Notes under the pieces: generated by a model | Databases searched by the model: none | Told to the model about the DNA's origin: nothing | What the model saw: the letters and a program-made list of their open reading frames with translations, nothing else | Translations under genes and position numbers: made by a program | DNA from: the human T2T-CHM13v2.0 reference genome, Homo sapiens | Strand: one strand, 5' to 3' | NCBI RefSeq assembly: GCF_009914755.1 | Contig: NC_060931.1 | Length of the DNA stretch: 64,000 nucleotides | Shown here: piece by piece, positions 41,099 to 58,330 of the stretch | Numbering within the stretch: the stretch's first letter is position 1 | Layout: the number at the start of each line of letters is the position of its first letter

Positions 41099-42653
41099 TT
41101 TTCCCTTCCCTCCCCTTCCCTCCCTTCCCTTCCTTCCCCTCCCTTCCCTTCCTTCCCCTCCCTTCCCTTCCTTCCCCTCCCTTCCCTTCCTTCCCCTCCC
41201 TTCCCTTCCTTCCCCACCCTTCCCTCCCTTCCCTCCCTTCCCTCCCTTCCCCTCCCTTCCCTCCCTTCCCTCCCTTTCCCTCCCTTCCCTCAATTCCCTT
41301 CCGTTCCCCTCCCTTCCCCTCCCCTCCCCTCCGTTCCCCTCACCTCCTCTCCCTTCCCCTCCCCCCTTCCCCTCCCCCCTTCCCCTCCCCCCTTCCCCTC
41401 CCCCCTTCCCCTCCCCCTTCCCCTCCCCCTTCCCCTCCCTCCCTTCCCCTCCCCCTTCCCCTCCCCCTTCCCCTCCCCCTTCCCCTCCTTCCCTTCCTTC
41501 CACCCTCTCTCCCTCCCTTCCTTCCCCCCTCCTCCCTCCCTTCCTCCCTCCCTCCCTCCCTCTGCCCCTCCCTTCCTCCCCCCTCCCTCCCTCCCTTCCC
41601 TCCTCCCCCCTTCCTCCCCCCTCCCTCCCTTCCTCCCCTCTCCTTCCTCCCCCTGCCTTCCTCCCTCCTCCTTCCTCCCCCCTCCTTCCTCCCCCCACCT
41701 TCCTCCCCCCTCCTTCCTCCCCCTCCTTCCTCCCCCTCCCTCCTCCCCCCTCCCTCCTCCCCCTCCCTCCTCCCCCTCCCTCCTCCCCCTCCCTCCTCCC
41801 CCCTCCCCCTCCCTCCTCCCCCCTCCCTCCTCCCCCTCCCTCCTCCCCCTCCCTCCTCCCCCCTCCCCCCTCCCCCCTCCCCCTCCCTCCTCCCTCCTCC
41901 CTCCTCCCCCTCCCTCCTCCCCCCTCCTCCCCTCCCTCCTCCCCCCTCCTCCCCCTCCCTCCTCCCCCCCTCCTCCCCCCTCCTCCCCCTCCCTCCTCCC
42001 CCTCCCTCCTCCCCCTCCCTCCTCCCTCCCCCCTCCCTCCTTCCTCCCCCTCCCTCCTTCCTCCCCCCTCACTCCCTTCCTCCCCCCTCCCTCCTTCCTC
42101 CCCCCTCACTCCCTTCCTCCCCCCTCACTCCCTTCCTCCCCCCTCCTTCCTCCCCCTTCCTTCCTTCCCCCCTCCCCTCCTTCCCCCTCCCTCCCCCTCC
42201 TTCCTTCCTCCCTCCCCCTCCCTCCCCCTCCTTCCCCCTCCTTCCTTCCTTCCCCCTCCCTCCCTCCTTCCTTCCCCCCTCCTTCCTTCCTTCCCCCTCC
42301 CTCCCTCCTTCCTTCCCCCCTCCTTCCTTCCTTCCCCCTCCCTCCCTCCTTCCTTGCCCCCTCCTTCCTTCCTTCCCCCCTCCCTCCCTCCTTCCTTCCT
42401 TCCCCCCTCCCTCCTTCCCTCCTCCCTCCCCCTTCTTCTTCCCTCCCTTCCCCTTCTTCCTCCCTCCCTTCCCCTTCTTCTTCCCTCCCTCCCCATTCTT
42501 TCTTCCTCCCTCCCCCTTTCTTCCTCCCTCCCCCTCTGTCTTCCTCCCTCCCCCTTCTGTCTTCCTCTCTCTTCTTCCTTCCTCTCTCTTCTTCCTCCCC
42601 CCTCTTCTTCCTCCCTCTTCTTCCTCCCTCCCTCCCTCTCTCTTTCTTTCTTT
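41099..42653. repeat. ~1.55-kb polypyrimidine/polypurine low-complexity tract
   Basis: The plus strand is almost only C/T (fewer than ~20 purines counted); the tract abuts the AluJ tail. Confidence 0.98.
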
Positions 42654-42943
42654 GACAGACTCTCACTTGGTCCCTTAGGCTGGAGTGCAGTGGTTTGATC
42701 ATAGCTCACTTCAGCCTTGAACTCCTGGGGTCAAGTGATTCCCCCTGCCCCATCCCTCTCAGCTGAGACTACACGCATGTACCACCATGCCTGGCTAGTT
42801 TTTAAATTTTTGTTTTTTTTTTTGGTAGAGGCAGGGTCTTGCTTTGGTATCTAAGCTAGTCTCAAATTCCTGGGCTCAAGCAATCCTCCTGCCTCGGCCT
42901 GCCAAAGTGTTGGGATTATGGGTGTGAGCCACCGCATTCAGCC
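42654..42943 (-). mobile_element. AluJ
   Basis: Alu consensus with J diagnostics. Confidence 0.9.
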
Positions 42944-42979
42944 CCAAATTTCTATAGTGAACACATATTGCTTTCATTA

Positions 42980-43296
<317 letters not shown>

Positions 43297-44684
43297 AGTT
43301 ATTTAAAAAATTTCAAGAGGTTAGAACAAAGAATACAAATCAAGAAGGAGACAGTTTCTATCCAGATTTGAAGACATATATGGTGCACAGATAAGGCAAG
43401 CACAGCTCCACAAAAGTCCAAGATAAGTCAACCGTCTGAAGTAGATGATTTTTTAAAAATGCTTTCTTAGATGCACTTAGGGATTATAGCATCCAAATTA
43501 AGATGGGTTAACATTCTACCAAATTAAAGCCAACGGGTAGAAATTTAAAATATAGCAGATTCAGGTTCACAATGATAAGAAAATTGCTGATATTTAATTA
43601 ACTATCTTAACGCTGTCTTTAGAGAAATCAGTGGTTCCTCATAAAGGCCCAGCTGCCCTGTCCAGTGCCCTGAGAACTCACCAGACATTTTGTCTCTGGT
43701 TTTCTTAAAGTTCCAGCTCTCAGTTGTCTGTGGGATCAATAGGTGTCCCCACTCCAGCCCTCCCTTTCTCAATAGAGACTAGCCAGTCTTGTTTTGGAGA
43801 CAGTGTAGGGTGTGGACAGTCTGTTGCCAAGACAGCAGGACAGAAGGCTGATGTGGTGGGGAGGTGGGAGAGAAGTAGGCATTCATGACTAGAATGAATT
43901 CTGTTTTGGCTCTCAGACAGCTTGGCACAACACAGTCTTCTCTGGCCAGCTGGAGAGTGAAAGCAGTCCCTGATCAGGCAGAGGCTAGTAGGGGACCCCA
44001 GGTAGGAATGGACATAGTCTTGCCAAAAAGAGAGTTTGGTAGGGGCCATGTTCTGTGCCCATTCCCATCTGCCCTGCCATGTTCCGTGCCTGCATTGCCG
44101 ATGGTCAGAACTTCTGGGCAAAGAGTTGGCCTTTAAAATTCCTGACTCTCCTAAACATCTGGCTGAGAGGGCAACAGACTGGGGTTTAGGATTTCTTATT
44201 TCTGGTTCCCATTGTCAGAGCTGCCCCAGACTTCCTGAGTGATGTGGCTGGGTCCCTTGGCAAGGCTAGCCTCAGTTTCCCTGAAGTGAATGAACAGATG
44301 AGAAGGTGAAAGATCTGAGGTGAGTTAACATCTGGGAAGGATCAGATGTGGCAGATTAAAAATGGGCACTGAGCGGGGAGAAAGCCAGAAAGCACAAAAT
44401 TAGAGTTAGTGCATGAGAGAAGGAGATTAAACAGAAAAGGAAAAATTGCCAGCAGCTTTGGATTTACCCAGCCGGTGTTTCTCCGCTGGGCAAGGAAAGC
44501 TTAAGTAATCCAAATTAATTTCTAGTTAAAGGCAGAGCTCAGAGAGCAATCAAACAGGTGACCACAGCTGGCACCAAATTTCGCTGGGAGATAAACCACT
44601 AATGCTAAAAATAAGCCGTGTGTGCTGAGGAAGGGATTGTTTGAAATCTGCCGACCCTCAGGGCAAGCGAAGGTTAGAACACTT

Positions 44685-45230
44685 CAGTCATTCAACACAC
44701 TTACAGCAAGTACCTCCTCTATGCTAGGCACTGGGCTTCCAGTTTGAGTCAGAGGAATGGTCCCTGCCTTAGAGTTACTCACAGTATAGTGCAGAAGATG
44801 CACAGAGACAGAGGATATTGCAGGATCATGGGATAAGGAATCTGATAACAATATCCAAGAGGGTAGTGAAGGAAGCAGGGTAAAAGAAGAGTTAGTATGG
44901 GAAGTTAGGAAAGACTTTCTGCAGAATCAGACCCTTTAGCTAAACTCGAAGGACCAGGAAGAGTTATCAAGCTGATGAAGAGAGGAGGAAGGGGACTCTG
45001 GAGGCAGTTGCAATAGCATCTGTGATGACATGAAGTGAAAGGGAGCTTGCACATGCTCTGAGGAAACACCAGCAGTCCTGTGTGGCTGTGGCATGGGACA
45101 CACTTGGGCTAAGGTTGTCGGTGGGGATGGAGGAAAGGAGATGGATTTGAAGGAAACCAAGCAATGAAAACCATAGACTTGGGGATTGACTGTTTCAGTG
45201 TGGTGTGTCACATGTCCGACATGGTGATCA
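44685..45230 (-). mobile_element. L2 3' relic
   Basis: cattcaacacacttacagcaagtacctcctctatgctaggcactg; boundaries approximate. Confidence 0.55.
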
Positions 45231-45569
45231 AGTGGGGCCGTCCTCAGAGATGAGGAGTAGAGGAGGAAAAAGGAGGGCTTAGGCTGCGTGGAAGGGACAA
45301 TTTAACACCTGTAGGGATTGACATCCAGATACCAGGCAGGGTAGAGCCTCTCCCTTTTCTCTCTTGCTGGTAACTCCCATCTCCATGAGTGGGCACCATC
45401 TGTGTCCGGCCAAGACTCCCATTTGGGGCTCTACTCACCTCTATTCTAAGCGGTAGCATCCCTCCTGTTGGACTTACAGGATGGGCTGCCTGGTGGTATT
45501 TGAAGAAATCTGATTTCATGCCGTAAGGACTCTTGTTTCTAGTGGCCTGGCCTTTTAAATTTTTCAAAA

Positions 45570-45887
<318 letters not shown>

Positions 45888-46394
45888 CACTGGTATGATC
45901 TGTGACAGCTATTTTCAAGTGCTAGTCTTTAGGTGGATGAATGGTACAGCAGTTTTCAAACTGTGTTCCTCAGCGACCTGGGTTTCTGGGTTTAGAGAGT
46001 GCTCAGAAGAGGACTGAGGGTAGAGAAAGATGAGGATGGAGGAGGTGGGGGCAGAGTGGAGATGCAGGATAGGCTCTGGCCCTTCAGAGAACCCACTGCT
46101 AAGGCTCTTTTAAAAAGTTGTTTTAAAGAAAAAGACATTTGTGGATAAGTGATGACTAGGCCTAAGAGATCTTTATAACCTGGTAAGGAATCTAGCATGA
46201 AATTTTCAGCAGAGGGGGCTGGGAAGGGAGGGACAAGTTGGGATGAATCCACTGAGAAACGAGTTAAGGAGCTTAACGCACTGCAAACCAGCAGCCAGAG
46301 CGGGTCTGGTTTATGTGAAGTACTCGGAGGGGCAGAAGAGGAATTAACTATAGGGCTGTGTAGAGCTGGGGTAGGGAAAATAGAGAAATAACTT

Positions 46395-46620
46395 AATGTA
46401 GAGATGGCAAACCGAAGTCTGCATATGGAAACTGGAACCACAGATATGTTTTATTTGACTATCACATTGTTTTTTTTTTTAAATTTTGAATTATTTGCCA
46501 GCATTTAAAATGCAGGAGACATAACCAAGAATTTTGATTTCAGACTTCTGAAAAAATAAATCCAGACCTGACCACACGGGACTGATGTTCCCACAAGGCA
46601 GCAGTCAGCTGGAGCTGACT
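46395..46620. mobile_element. Possible hAT-Charlie (MER102-like) fragment
   Basis: ttttaaattttgaattatttgccagcatttaaaat; weak recall of the consensus. Confidence 0.35.
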
Positions 46621-49252
46621 TTCAGGCAGGCACGAGCTTTCTGGGGTGCCCCTCTCATTTCCCCTGCACCTGCTTTGCTCACTGATGGTACTTAACTGGG
46701 TGCTGGCAGCTTCTGAGTCAAGGCACCTCCCATGAGTCAAGCAAACCAGGGGTCTGGGGCTCACTCCTTTCCTAACCCTGAAAACTTTTGCAGCACAAAA
46801 TGATTGTTTTCTTTCCCTTTCCTGCCCCAAACACTTTTACTTAAACTGAATTCCTAACTATTCCTTCTACCATCCTCCTTGCTACCAGATGCATGGATGT
46901 AGTTGGCCATTCTGGGTTAGGAAGCCAGCCATGGGCCACTATATGGGTGACTGTAAAACTGCAGCTATGACTAATGTCATGAAAGTGAAGTTAGCTAGAG
47001 CTCATGGCAGACAGCCTTGCCCTAGTCAAGAAGACGAGGGCAGGTTTCTCTGCGATCTGATGGATGAGAAAGTGTTAGCAATGTAAAGATGGAAATAAGG
47101 AGTGATGCAGGTAGAGGCAAAGACAAGGTAGAGAGATACTAGGGAGAGAGGATGAAGATAGATGAGTGGGATGCAATGGAATTAGCCCAGGAGAAAGATA
47201 CTAGTAGGGATTAGAACAATGGCAGGGGCTGGATTTAAGGGAATTTTAGGAAGTGAATAGATAGCACCAAGGGATGGAAGAGTGAGAAGGAATGGGGAGA
47301 GGGCTGTGAAGTCATGTGCCCTTGGTTTCTGGCTTCTGTCACTGGGCCGAGTTGGTGGCATTCATGGAGATGTGCAGACCTAGGAAAGCATGTGCAAGGA
47401 GTGATCATGAGTCCGTCCTTTCTGAGTTTGAGGAGACTTTGCAGCAGCTAAGAGGAGTTGACAAATAGACAGTTGGATACACAAGTCTAGAGCTCAGAGA
47501 AGACAGCTCTCTAAAAAGAGCTGTCTGCTAAAAATTCACTGGTCTGATGGTTGGCCACATACGGAGTACTTTGTACTCTCTGGTCTGAACAACTGTATCA
47601 TCAATTCTTTCATTGATTAATTCAACAATTATTGATTAGACACCAGCGACCATGGCAGCAGATCCAGGTAGTCTGCTAGGTGCTGGCTCTATAGCAGTGA
47701 ATAAACAGGTGCTATTCCTCCCGTCAAGGAACCAAGACAATGAGCTTTGCAGAAAGCGGGGACGTGATTTGATTCTCTCATCTCTACCTTCCTGCTTTAT
47801 TGAATGGGTTATTAAAGGTGGGTTGGGTCTTTTACCTATTTCCCCCTCCCATGGATTGTGGTAAACAATTTAGAGCAGATTTACTTGTGTTTTCAGACTT
47901 CACAGCTACCTTTAGATAAGATTTCAAAACTGTCTGCTGTTACTACTTTGATAGTGATCCACTTAGTATATTCATCTCTAGACTTTGAATCTGGAGCTCT
48001 AAATTCTCTGAGACCAGGAACCAGACCTTGAATGCCTTCCTGCTTAAAGTGTTAGAGCTGATCTCTTAGGCCCTGAATGAAGTATTTCAAATACTCTGAA
48101 ACTTATCCTTTGTCAATACTCATAGCCAGAAGAAAGTAAATTAATCATGAACATCGATTTGCTCATCTGTCTCTTTCTCTAGACTTTAAATATCTTGAGG
48201 GAGAGACCATTTATTCAACCTTGTATCTTCAGTTTCTAGTAAAGTGCATGGCACACAATAGGAAATTAATGAATATATATGCCGAACGAATAAATGAACA
48301 TGGGACATCTTTTAATGATTTTCTTGTTCTCTAGTTAATTCTTATTTAACCTTGTGTGTGTTTTTTTTTCTCATCTCCTCAACTCTGAATTAAGTTGCTA
48401 TAGGTAAGAACTTTGGTGGTTCCGTGATGTTGGGCTCGCACTGGATGCTCACTACATATTTGTTGATTGATTGCTTAGAGTTAGAAAGACTTTGACCCTC
48501 TACTCTGTCTTCTTCAGCTGTAATGACATCATCAGTTAGTTTTTACCATTTTCCCAGCTTGCAGTAGCAAACCAAGTCACTTAAATACTTACTACATCTA
48601 GGGACTATAGTGAAACTTTGGATTGGAGGGCTCTGAAGCAGAGATGCTTAGAACACTTTTGCTCCCACAGATAAGCACTTTCTCTCTCTCTTTTCAGCAT
48701 CTTAGGAGCTAGGTACTATTATTATTCTTAATTTACAATATAAGATAACTGAAGCACAAGAGGTTGGGCAACTTGCCCAATCAGAATCGCCTGGAGCCTA
48801 GGACTTTTCCTGAACTCTGTTGCAGATTGCATTGTGATTTAGAGATGGGCCGTGGCCCCACAGTCTGCTTTAGCAAGCCCTCAAGGAGATTCTGATGCAG
48901 GTGGCACCATGAGTCACTGTGCCGTCATTGACATGGAAAACAATTACCTGGAGACTTAGACTGACTGTGTCTCATCTCATCGCCATGTTCCTTTCACTGA
49001 CCCCTGAGGGATGAGGGATATGACCCTTTCCCACTCAATGTCTCTCAAGTCCTGTAAACCTAGAACGAAGCTATACTGAGGGTACCTCCAACAGGTTTTG
49101 ACATGAGTCCCTTTGATAAATTGGGAAACTGCTAAAAACCTCATAAACAAGGGCTCCAATCACCCTGCATCAGCCTAGTGAATGAGATTATCTTTTCCTC
49201 TCCATATAACCACCTTAGAAATAAAATAAATGAAATTGAAAGAGGAAATTGT

Positions 49253-49549
<297 letters not shown>

Positions 49550-49729
49550 TCATGAAAGGAGCCCACTTCCACTCAGATAGGGTGGTGTGCAGAGGTTAGA
49601 ATTCATGAGGACCATATGATGATATGCTGGTCCAGGTGACCAGGAAAGAGGTTGGAGGAAAGGCATCTCAGTCCTATTAGAGGTCTAGGGTCCTGTCCCA
49701 GTGGGAGAAATCGCAGGGCCTTTGGAGAG

Positions 49730-49930
49730 AAACAGCTCAGACACCAGTGCTAAATAGACCTGGCTCAAGTTCTGGCTCATTGGCCGTATGGCCCTAGGCC
49801 AGTGACTTAACACCTCTAGCCTCAGTTTCTTTATCTCTAAAGTGAGAATAATAATACTTACTCTGCTGTATAGTGTATGGATTAGAGACAACAAGGTCAC
49901 CTTGCTCAACATAGAGTCAGCCCTGAACCT
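49730..49930 (+). mobile_element. MIR
   Basis: agtgacttaacacctctagcctcagtttctttatctctaaagtgagaataataata. Confidence 0.7.
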
Positions 49931-50519
49931 ATTAGCAAGGTCTGAGGTTTCCAAGGGTTTTCAAGGGCATGGCTGGGAAGAAGTTGGCATTCAGCCTTCC
50001 CATCACCTAGCATCGAAAATCCTCCTTGGGAAGCCCAGGGGAGAGTTCTGGCTCAAACACTGACTCACCAAGTGGGAATAAATACTTACGAGAGTCAGGC
50101 AATCTCCCCAGATTTCTTCCCTACCCTTTGGCTCTACTCCCCTCTTTTCATAGTTGACATTTAACGATATTCTGCGGAGAGGGGCTCAGCATTTAAAAAG
50201 ATTCAATGGAAGGATCCAGAAGCAGGGAACCTGGGAGAACTTTTTAGCTGATGTTAAAAGTGCAAGATGAAAAGTGCTTTCGAGCCTGAAATTGAGTAAC
50301 TATTGAGATTTGCTTCTGAGCCTGTGATTTGGTGTTGGCATATTTATAGGAGACCCTGGACTATTGAAGGGTGTGCAGGCTGGGCCACTTGCCAAGAAAG
50401 CCCTGGCTCAGTTCCTTCTGGAGCCTGCCAAGTTTTTGCTGCCCTAGGTTGTAGCCTTGAAGCTGAGGGACTTTCAGAGGCCCCAAGATAGCCCTAGGAA
50501 AAGAATGTCAAAAGCAATA

Positions 50520-50985
50520 GCAACGACTATCTAGCAAAGCATTGTGATAAATGCATTATCTTATCTTCACAGCCATCCTATGAATTAGATAGTATGGTGG
50601 TATCTTATATTAATTAAACAGCACTGGGAAGCAGAGTGCATAATAATGAGTCCTGATTTTTACTCACTGTGTAAACTTGGCAAGTTATTACCCTCTCAAA
50701 GCCTCGGTTTCCTCACCTGAAAAATGGGGATAGATGTATCTATCTCATAAAATTATTTATTTGAGATTTTCCAGATAAAGCAGGTAGCCAATATCAAGCA
50801 TATGGTATAACACTCAGTAAATATTAGGCATTGTTATCTCTATTTTATAGATGCAGACACTGAAGCTTTAATGAAGTCAGTGGTGTGCCCAAAGTCACCT
50901 AGGCAGGGAGAGCAGGAGCCAGAACTCAAACTCAAGTATGTTTGACTGTGATGCCTTTGTTCTTAATCACTGGGTATGCTGCCTG
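50520..50985. mobile_element. Nested MIR fragments in both orientations
   Basis: gcctcggtttcctcacctgaaaaatgggga (+) inside attttatagatgcagacactgaagc (-). Confidence 0.6.
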
Positions 50986-51555
50986 AGCTGAAAAATTTCT
51001 GCAGGAGGTTTTGCTCAGTGGGAATTATAGCAGAGGTTTGGATTATGGTCTCTTTTTAAATTCTTAAAGAAGCAAGAACATCTAGACTAGAAGCATGGAG
51101 GAGAGAGGGTGCTGGAGCAGCCAGGCTGTGCTAGGAGAGTGGCTGTCCATGAGGATGTGTTTTCAGTGTTGGGCATGGTTGTTCTCTGCTCTGGGTCATT
51201 CTAGGTGGGCAGCCACCCAGAGAGGATGTGTTGTCAGTGTACTCCCTTCATTTTGACTTGCTCCATAACCATAATCTTAGGAAAGGGTGTCAGAAAGGAT
51301 TAGATTTAGTATCACTGTATTGGAATGTGGAATTTCCAGTTTCAGGTGAAAGAGGCTATACCGGAAGGAGGTACTTTTTCTCTGTCCATCAGCCTGCCTC
51401 GCTCTTTCTCCTTTCCCTCTTCTACTCTCTCTCTCTTTCTCTCTCTCCCTGCCTCTTATTCTTGCTGTTTCTCAGAATGCCTATGAAAAAAAACAGCTAG
51501 TCCACAGCCTGGTGTCTTAGATGCCAATTCTTGGAGCAGTGGATTGCAACTAGAT

Positions 51556-54892
<3,337 letters not shown>

Positions 54893-57800
54893 GTCCTGAT
54901 GATCTGGGGTGGGAGTGGCAGTGTGGACCCTTTAGCTCGAGGAGATCAAGAGCCCCCCCATCCACAGACTCACACACAGCAGTTTCAGCAAAGGACATGA
55001 CCCTTTTAATGGCCATGCCTTGTCAATGATGGGAATGACGTGACTGACATGGCGCAGAGGGTATGTGTAAGAGCTACCCCAACCCCACCTGGCTCTGCAG
55101 AGTGCATTCCATGCTGCAGTGGCAGCTTCCATGTGGTTCTACTGCAAGCCCTAGACTGGAGTTTGACAGACACCCAAGAGCTCCCATAAATAATTGCCTT
55201 TGAAGCTTAGGCTCTGGGAAGAGGACTCGGAGTCAGCTTCTTATCTCTGTCTCTGATTGGCAGAACTGTCTGAGGCACACTGGGGGGTTATTTGGAAAGG
55301 GAAGCAGAGGAAAGCCATGGGCCCACTCCACGCAAGCCTGCCTGTAATGGACCTGGGAAGTATGATAGCATATCAGATCTTCTCTCCCCTTAACCTTGTC
55401 AGCCTGCCTTCTAGCACAGACAGTGCCAGCCATTGACAAGAGGAGGGGAGGATGATGGGAAATTCCTCTCTGGCAACAGCAAATCTGTTATGGGGGCCCT
55501 GAGGGATGGGAGCTTGCTCTGCCATCATATTTCTCAGCACCTTGAATCAAAATTGCCCAGCATGGGTCTCTACCCATCCACCCGTCCTGCACCCACTCCC
55601 AGGTGCATTGACCATGCTCATTCTTTTACCGTAATCACAATGTTTAAAATAGCTTTGGCCTGATTTCTGAAAAATCTGGTGCAAGGAGAGAGAGAGCGAG
55701 CGAGCGAGAGCAAGAGAGTGCCTTGTGGCAATGGGTGGTTGTGTCTGCCTCCCTGGAGGCCACATATGCACCTGCCACTCTGCCTGCACCTTTCTCTCTT
55801 CTGTCTCAATGCCCTGCATCCACTTTGCATAGCCCATTATTTTCCTGGGAAGCTTCATCCAGCTCACAGTGTATTTCTGGCATAACTGATGACTGACAGG
55901 TCCTAACTCAATTAGTAAAACACAGCTTATGACTCACTCCTGAGTTGCCCCAGGTAGCGCCATTCAGAGTCCTGAATGAGTCCAAAATGCTTTACGCTCT
56001 AAGCTTTTGGGAACAAAAGATACATCTCCCACTGAGAGGAAAGGGTCTTTTATAAGTGGGGTGCTTACTATCTGCTTCACATTCCAGCCAATGCTGGAAA
56101 GCAGGTGGGGCCAGGGAGGGAAGAGCGACAGGCTCCTGACACCAGGGAAGGGCTGCCTCTGGCCCCCATGTAGCTCTTCTGAGTATCTTTTCTGTTTCCC
56201 ACTTTTATTCACAAACAGCATCCCTTGTGACTCTTTTCCCTGAAACCGAGAAATGACAAGGATTGAGCGAGTGGGAGTCAACAGTCTCGAGTAGAGATGG
56301 AACAGGAAAGGACATTTTGTCCTTTCAAAGTATTCAAAGCTGAAAAAGTCAAGGCTGTGGCTGCAATGCAGTCATGCCAGCTGGAGTCCCCTAGGACCTG
56401 TCAGCAGGCTCAATCTGGAAACCACTTTTTTTCCCAAGGTAGTACGGTGCATCTACAAGAGCACTGCTTTGCAATCCGATGGAATTGGGCCTAAAACCTC
56501 TCTGTGCTTTCAAATACCTCTTTTTAGGAGGTTTTCAAGTCTTTCCCAGATAATCTCATTCATTTATTACCTGTAGTCTTGTGATTTTGGCAAGTCAGGA
56601 AATATCACTATTTTTTGTTTTATAGACAGGGGAGAGAGGCTTCCTATTAATCTCTTAGCATCAACCTAAATCACAGTTCTTTAGGAACATCATTGAGTCA
56701 GGGGTTAATCACCTAGAAAATCTTCCTCACAAAGCCATCCTGGAGTATGCAAATACCCAGGAATAGGCTGAGGAATAATTGCAGGTAGCTGGCTCCACAA
56801 ATAGTTTTTAAATGTGATTGGAAGGCACTCTGTGGTTGTAGCCATGCAATATAAATGCTAAGTAACAATGATGGGGTCCATGGAAATGATGAGAACTCTT
56901 TGCCCCCCCATGGCCTCTGGACTAAAACAACCAAACCCTGAAAACTACTTCTGCATGCCATTTATGTGTGGGTGGCCCCCACCTCTCTGTGCTCATGAAA
57001 AATGTTATTTCCTTGGGGGATGAGAGGGTGGATCTAGTGAAAGGAAAGAAGGCCACTTGACTTCATTTCAGGGGTCCCCAGACCCATCTTCTTTTTCCTT
57101 TGCCCAAGGGAAAGGATGTGCCTCCACTCCTCTTTTTGCCTTTTTTTTTTTTTTTTTTTAACTCCTCTCTAAGACTGGTCTGGCCTGACTTGGAAGGGGA
57201 CCTGGCTAGCAAATTGCTTGTCCTGCCTGGGACCTTCCTTTATGGTAAACTGGGGCCAAGATGCCTCCAGGGGGAATTCTAGTCTCTTTGCTCTGCCCGG
57301 GGAGATCCAATAGTCAAGAGACACACATCAAAACTTTACACAGTGGGGAAATGGTGGACCCTGGGCAAGTTGGACAAAAAACAGCAGCAGCCAAAGAGGA
57401 AGACAAGGTCCAGGGGAAGGAAGGTGGAATGGGACATGTAAAGAAAGGAGACCACTGAGAGCCACTTCCTCCCTGGCCCCCAGTCCCTTGTACTCTCTTT
57501 CCTTTGCCTACGTTCACACTGTAAGTGGTACCCACAGACTCAGGTGAGGTCCCTCAGGATGTCTCACAGGGTGGGGAACCTGCTGTCCTTTGGAATGGGG
57601 GGTTTCTTAGGCTATTTCCTTCCATGAAGGGGATGAGGCAGGGACACTTTGCTGGGAATTTTGTAGGACACCATTCTCCATCTCCATTTTCTACAGCATC
57701 TTTATAAATAAAAACAATTATTGTTGCATATTTATCATGAACAATTATAATTAACCTAGACAGCAACGAAAGTCATGTTATTGATGGCACTCTCTTTCCA

Positions 57801-58099
57801 CCTCCCTACTTTTAAGGAAAAATTGGCAAATATAGAAAAACCCAAATAATAAAACAAAAATCCCCTATAACTCCATCAGTCAGAAATAACTATGGTTAGC
57901 ATTTTGATGTAAAAATTATTTCACCTTTTTTCCCCTCTGAAAAATATATTTTTTAGCAAAAATGGATATCCTGCAGTAATATAACCTCCTTGCACATAAC
58001 AATATCCATAAACATTTTCCATTGTCATTAGTTTTCTACAGCATCCTTTTTATGTTTGCAATGAATTTCATCATGATTATAGCATAATTTATTTAATAA

Positions 58100-58330
58100 T
58101 AGAAAACACTTATAAAACACTTCCTATGGGCTACATTTTACACACATCATCTAATTTATTCCTAGCCACATTTCTATGAGGTAAATACTGTTATTATCAT
58201 CCACTTTCTATAGGTAAGAAAACAGGTTTGGAGGCAATGTTTTGCTCAAGGTCACATAGACAGTGAATAGAGGAGCTGGAATTTGAAACTGACCCTGCTG
58301 TTTCTGGCTCTGGAGCCCCTGAGATTCCGT
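58100..58330 (-). mobile_element. MIR inside L1ME relics (57800-58900)
   Basis: ctatgaggtaaatactgttattatcatccactttctatagg...gctcaaggtcaca. Confidence 0.65.

Noticed and set aside
40984-42709. Long Pro/Ser/Leu-rich and Gly/Glu/Arg-rich ORFs (up to 564 aa)
   Set aside because: C/T-only or G/A-only sequence cannot contain stop codons, so frames on both strands stay open; these are artefacts.
45208-45226. p53-like paired CATG half-sites
   Set aside because: Spacing is off by one base and the flanks do not fit RRRCWWGYYY.
47501-47526. 10-bp stem hairpin agacagctct/agagctgtct
   Set aside because: Chance-level length and no supporting context.
55947-55962. CTCF-like motif gccccaggtagcgcc
   Set aside because: Several mismatches to the core consensus; not supportable without ChIP data.
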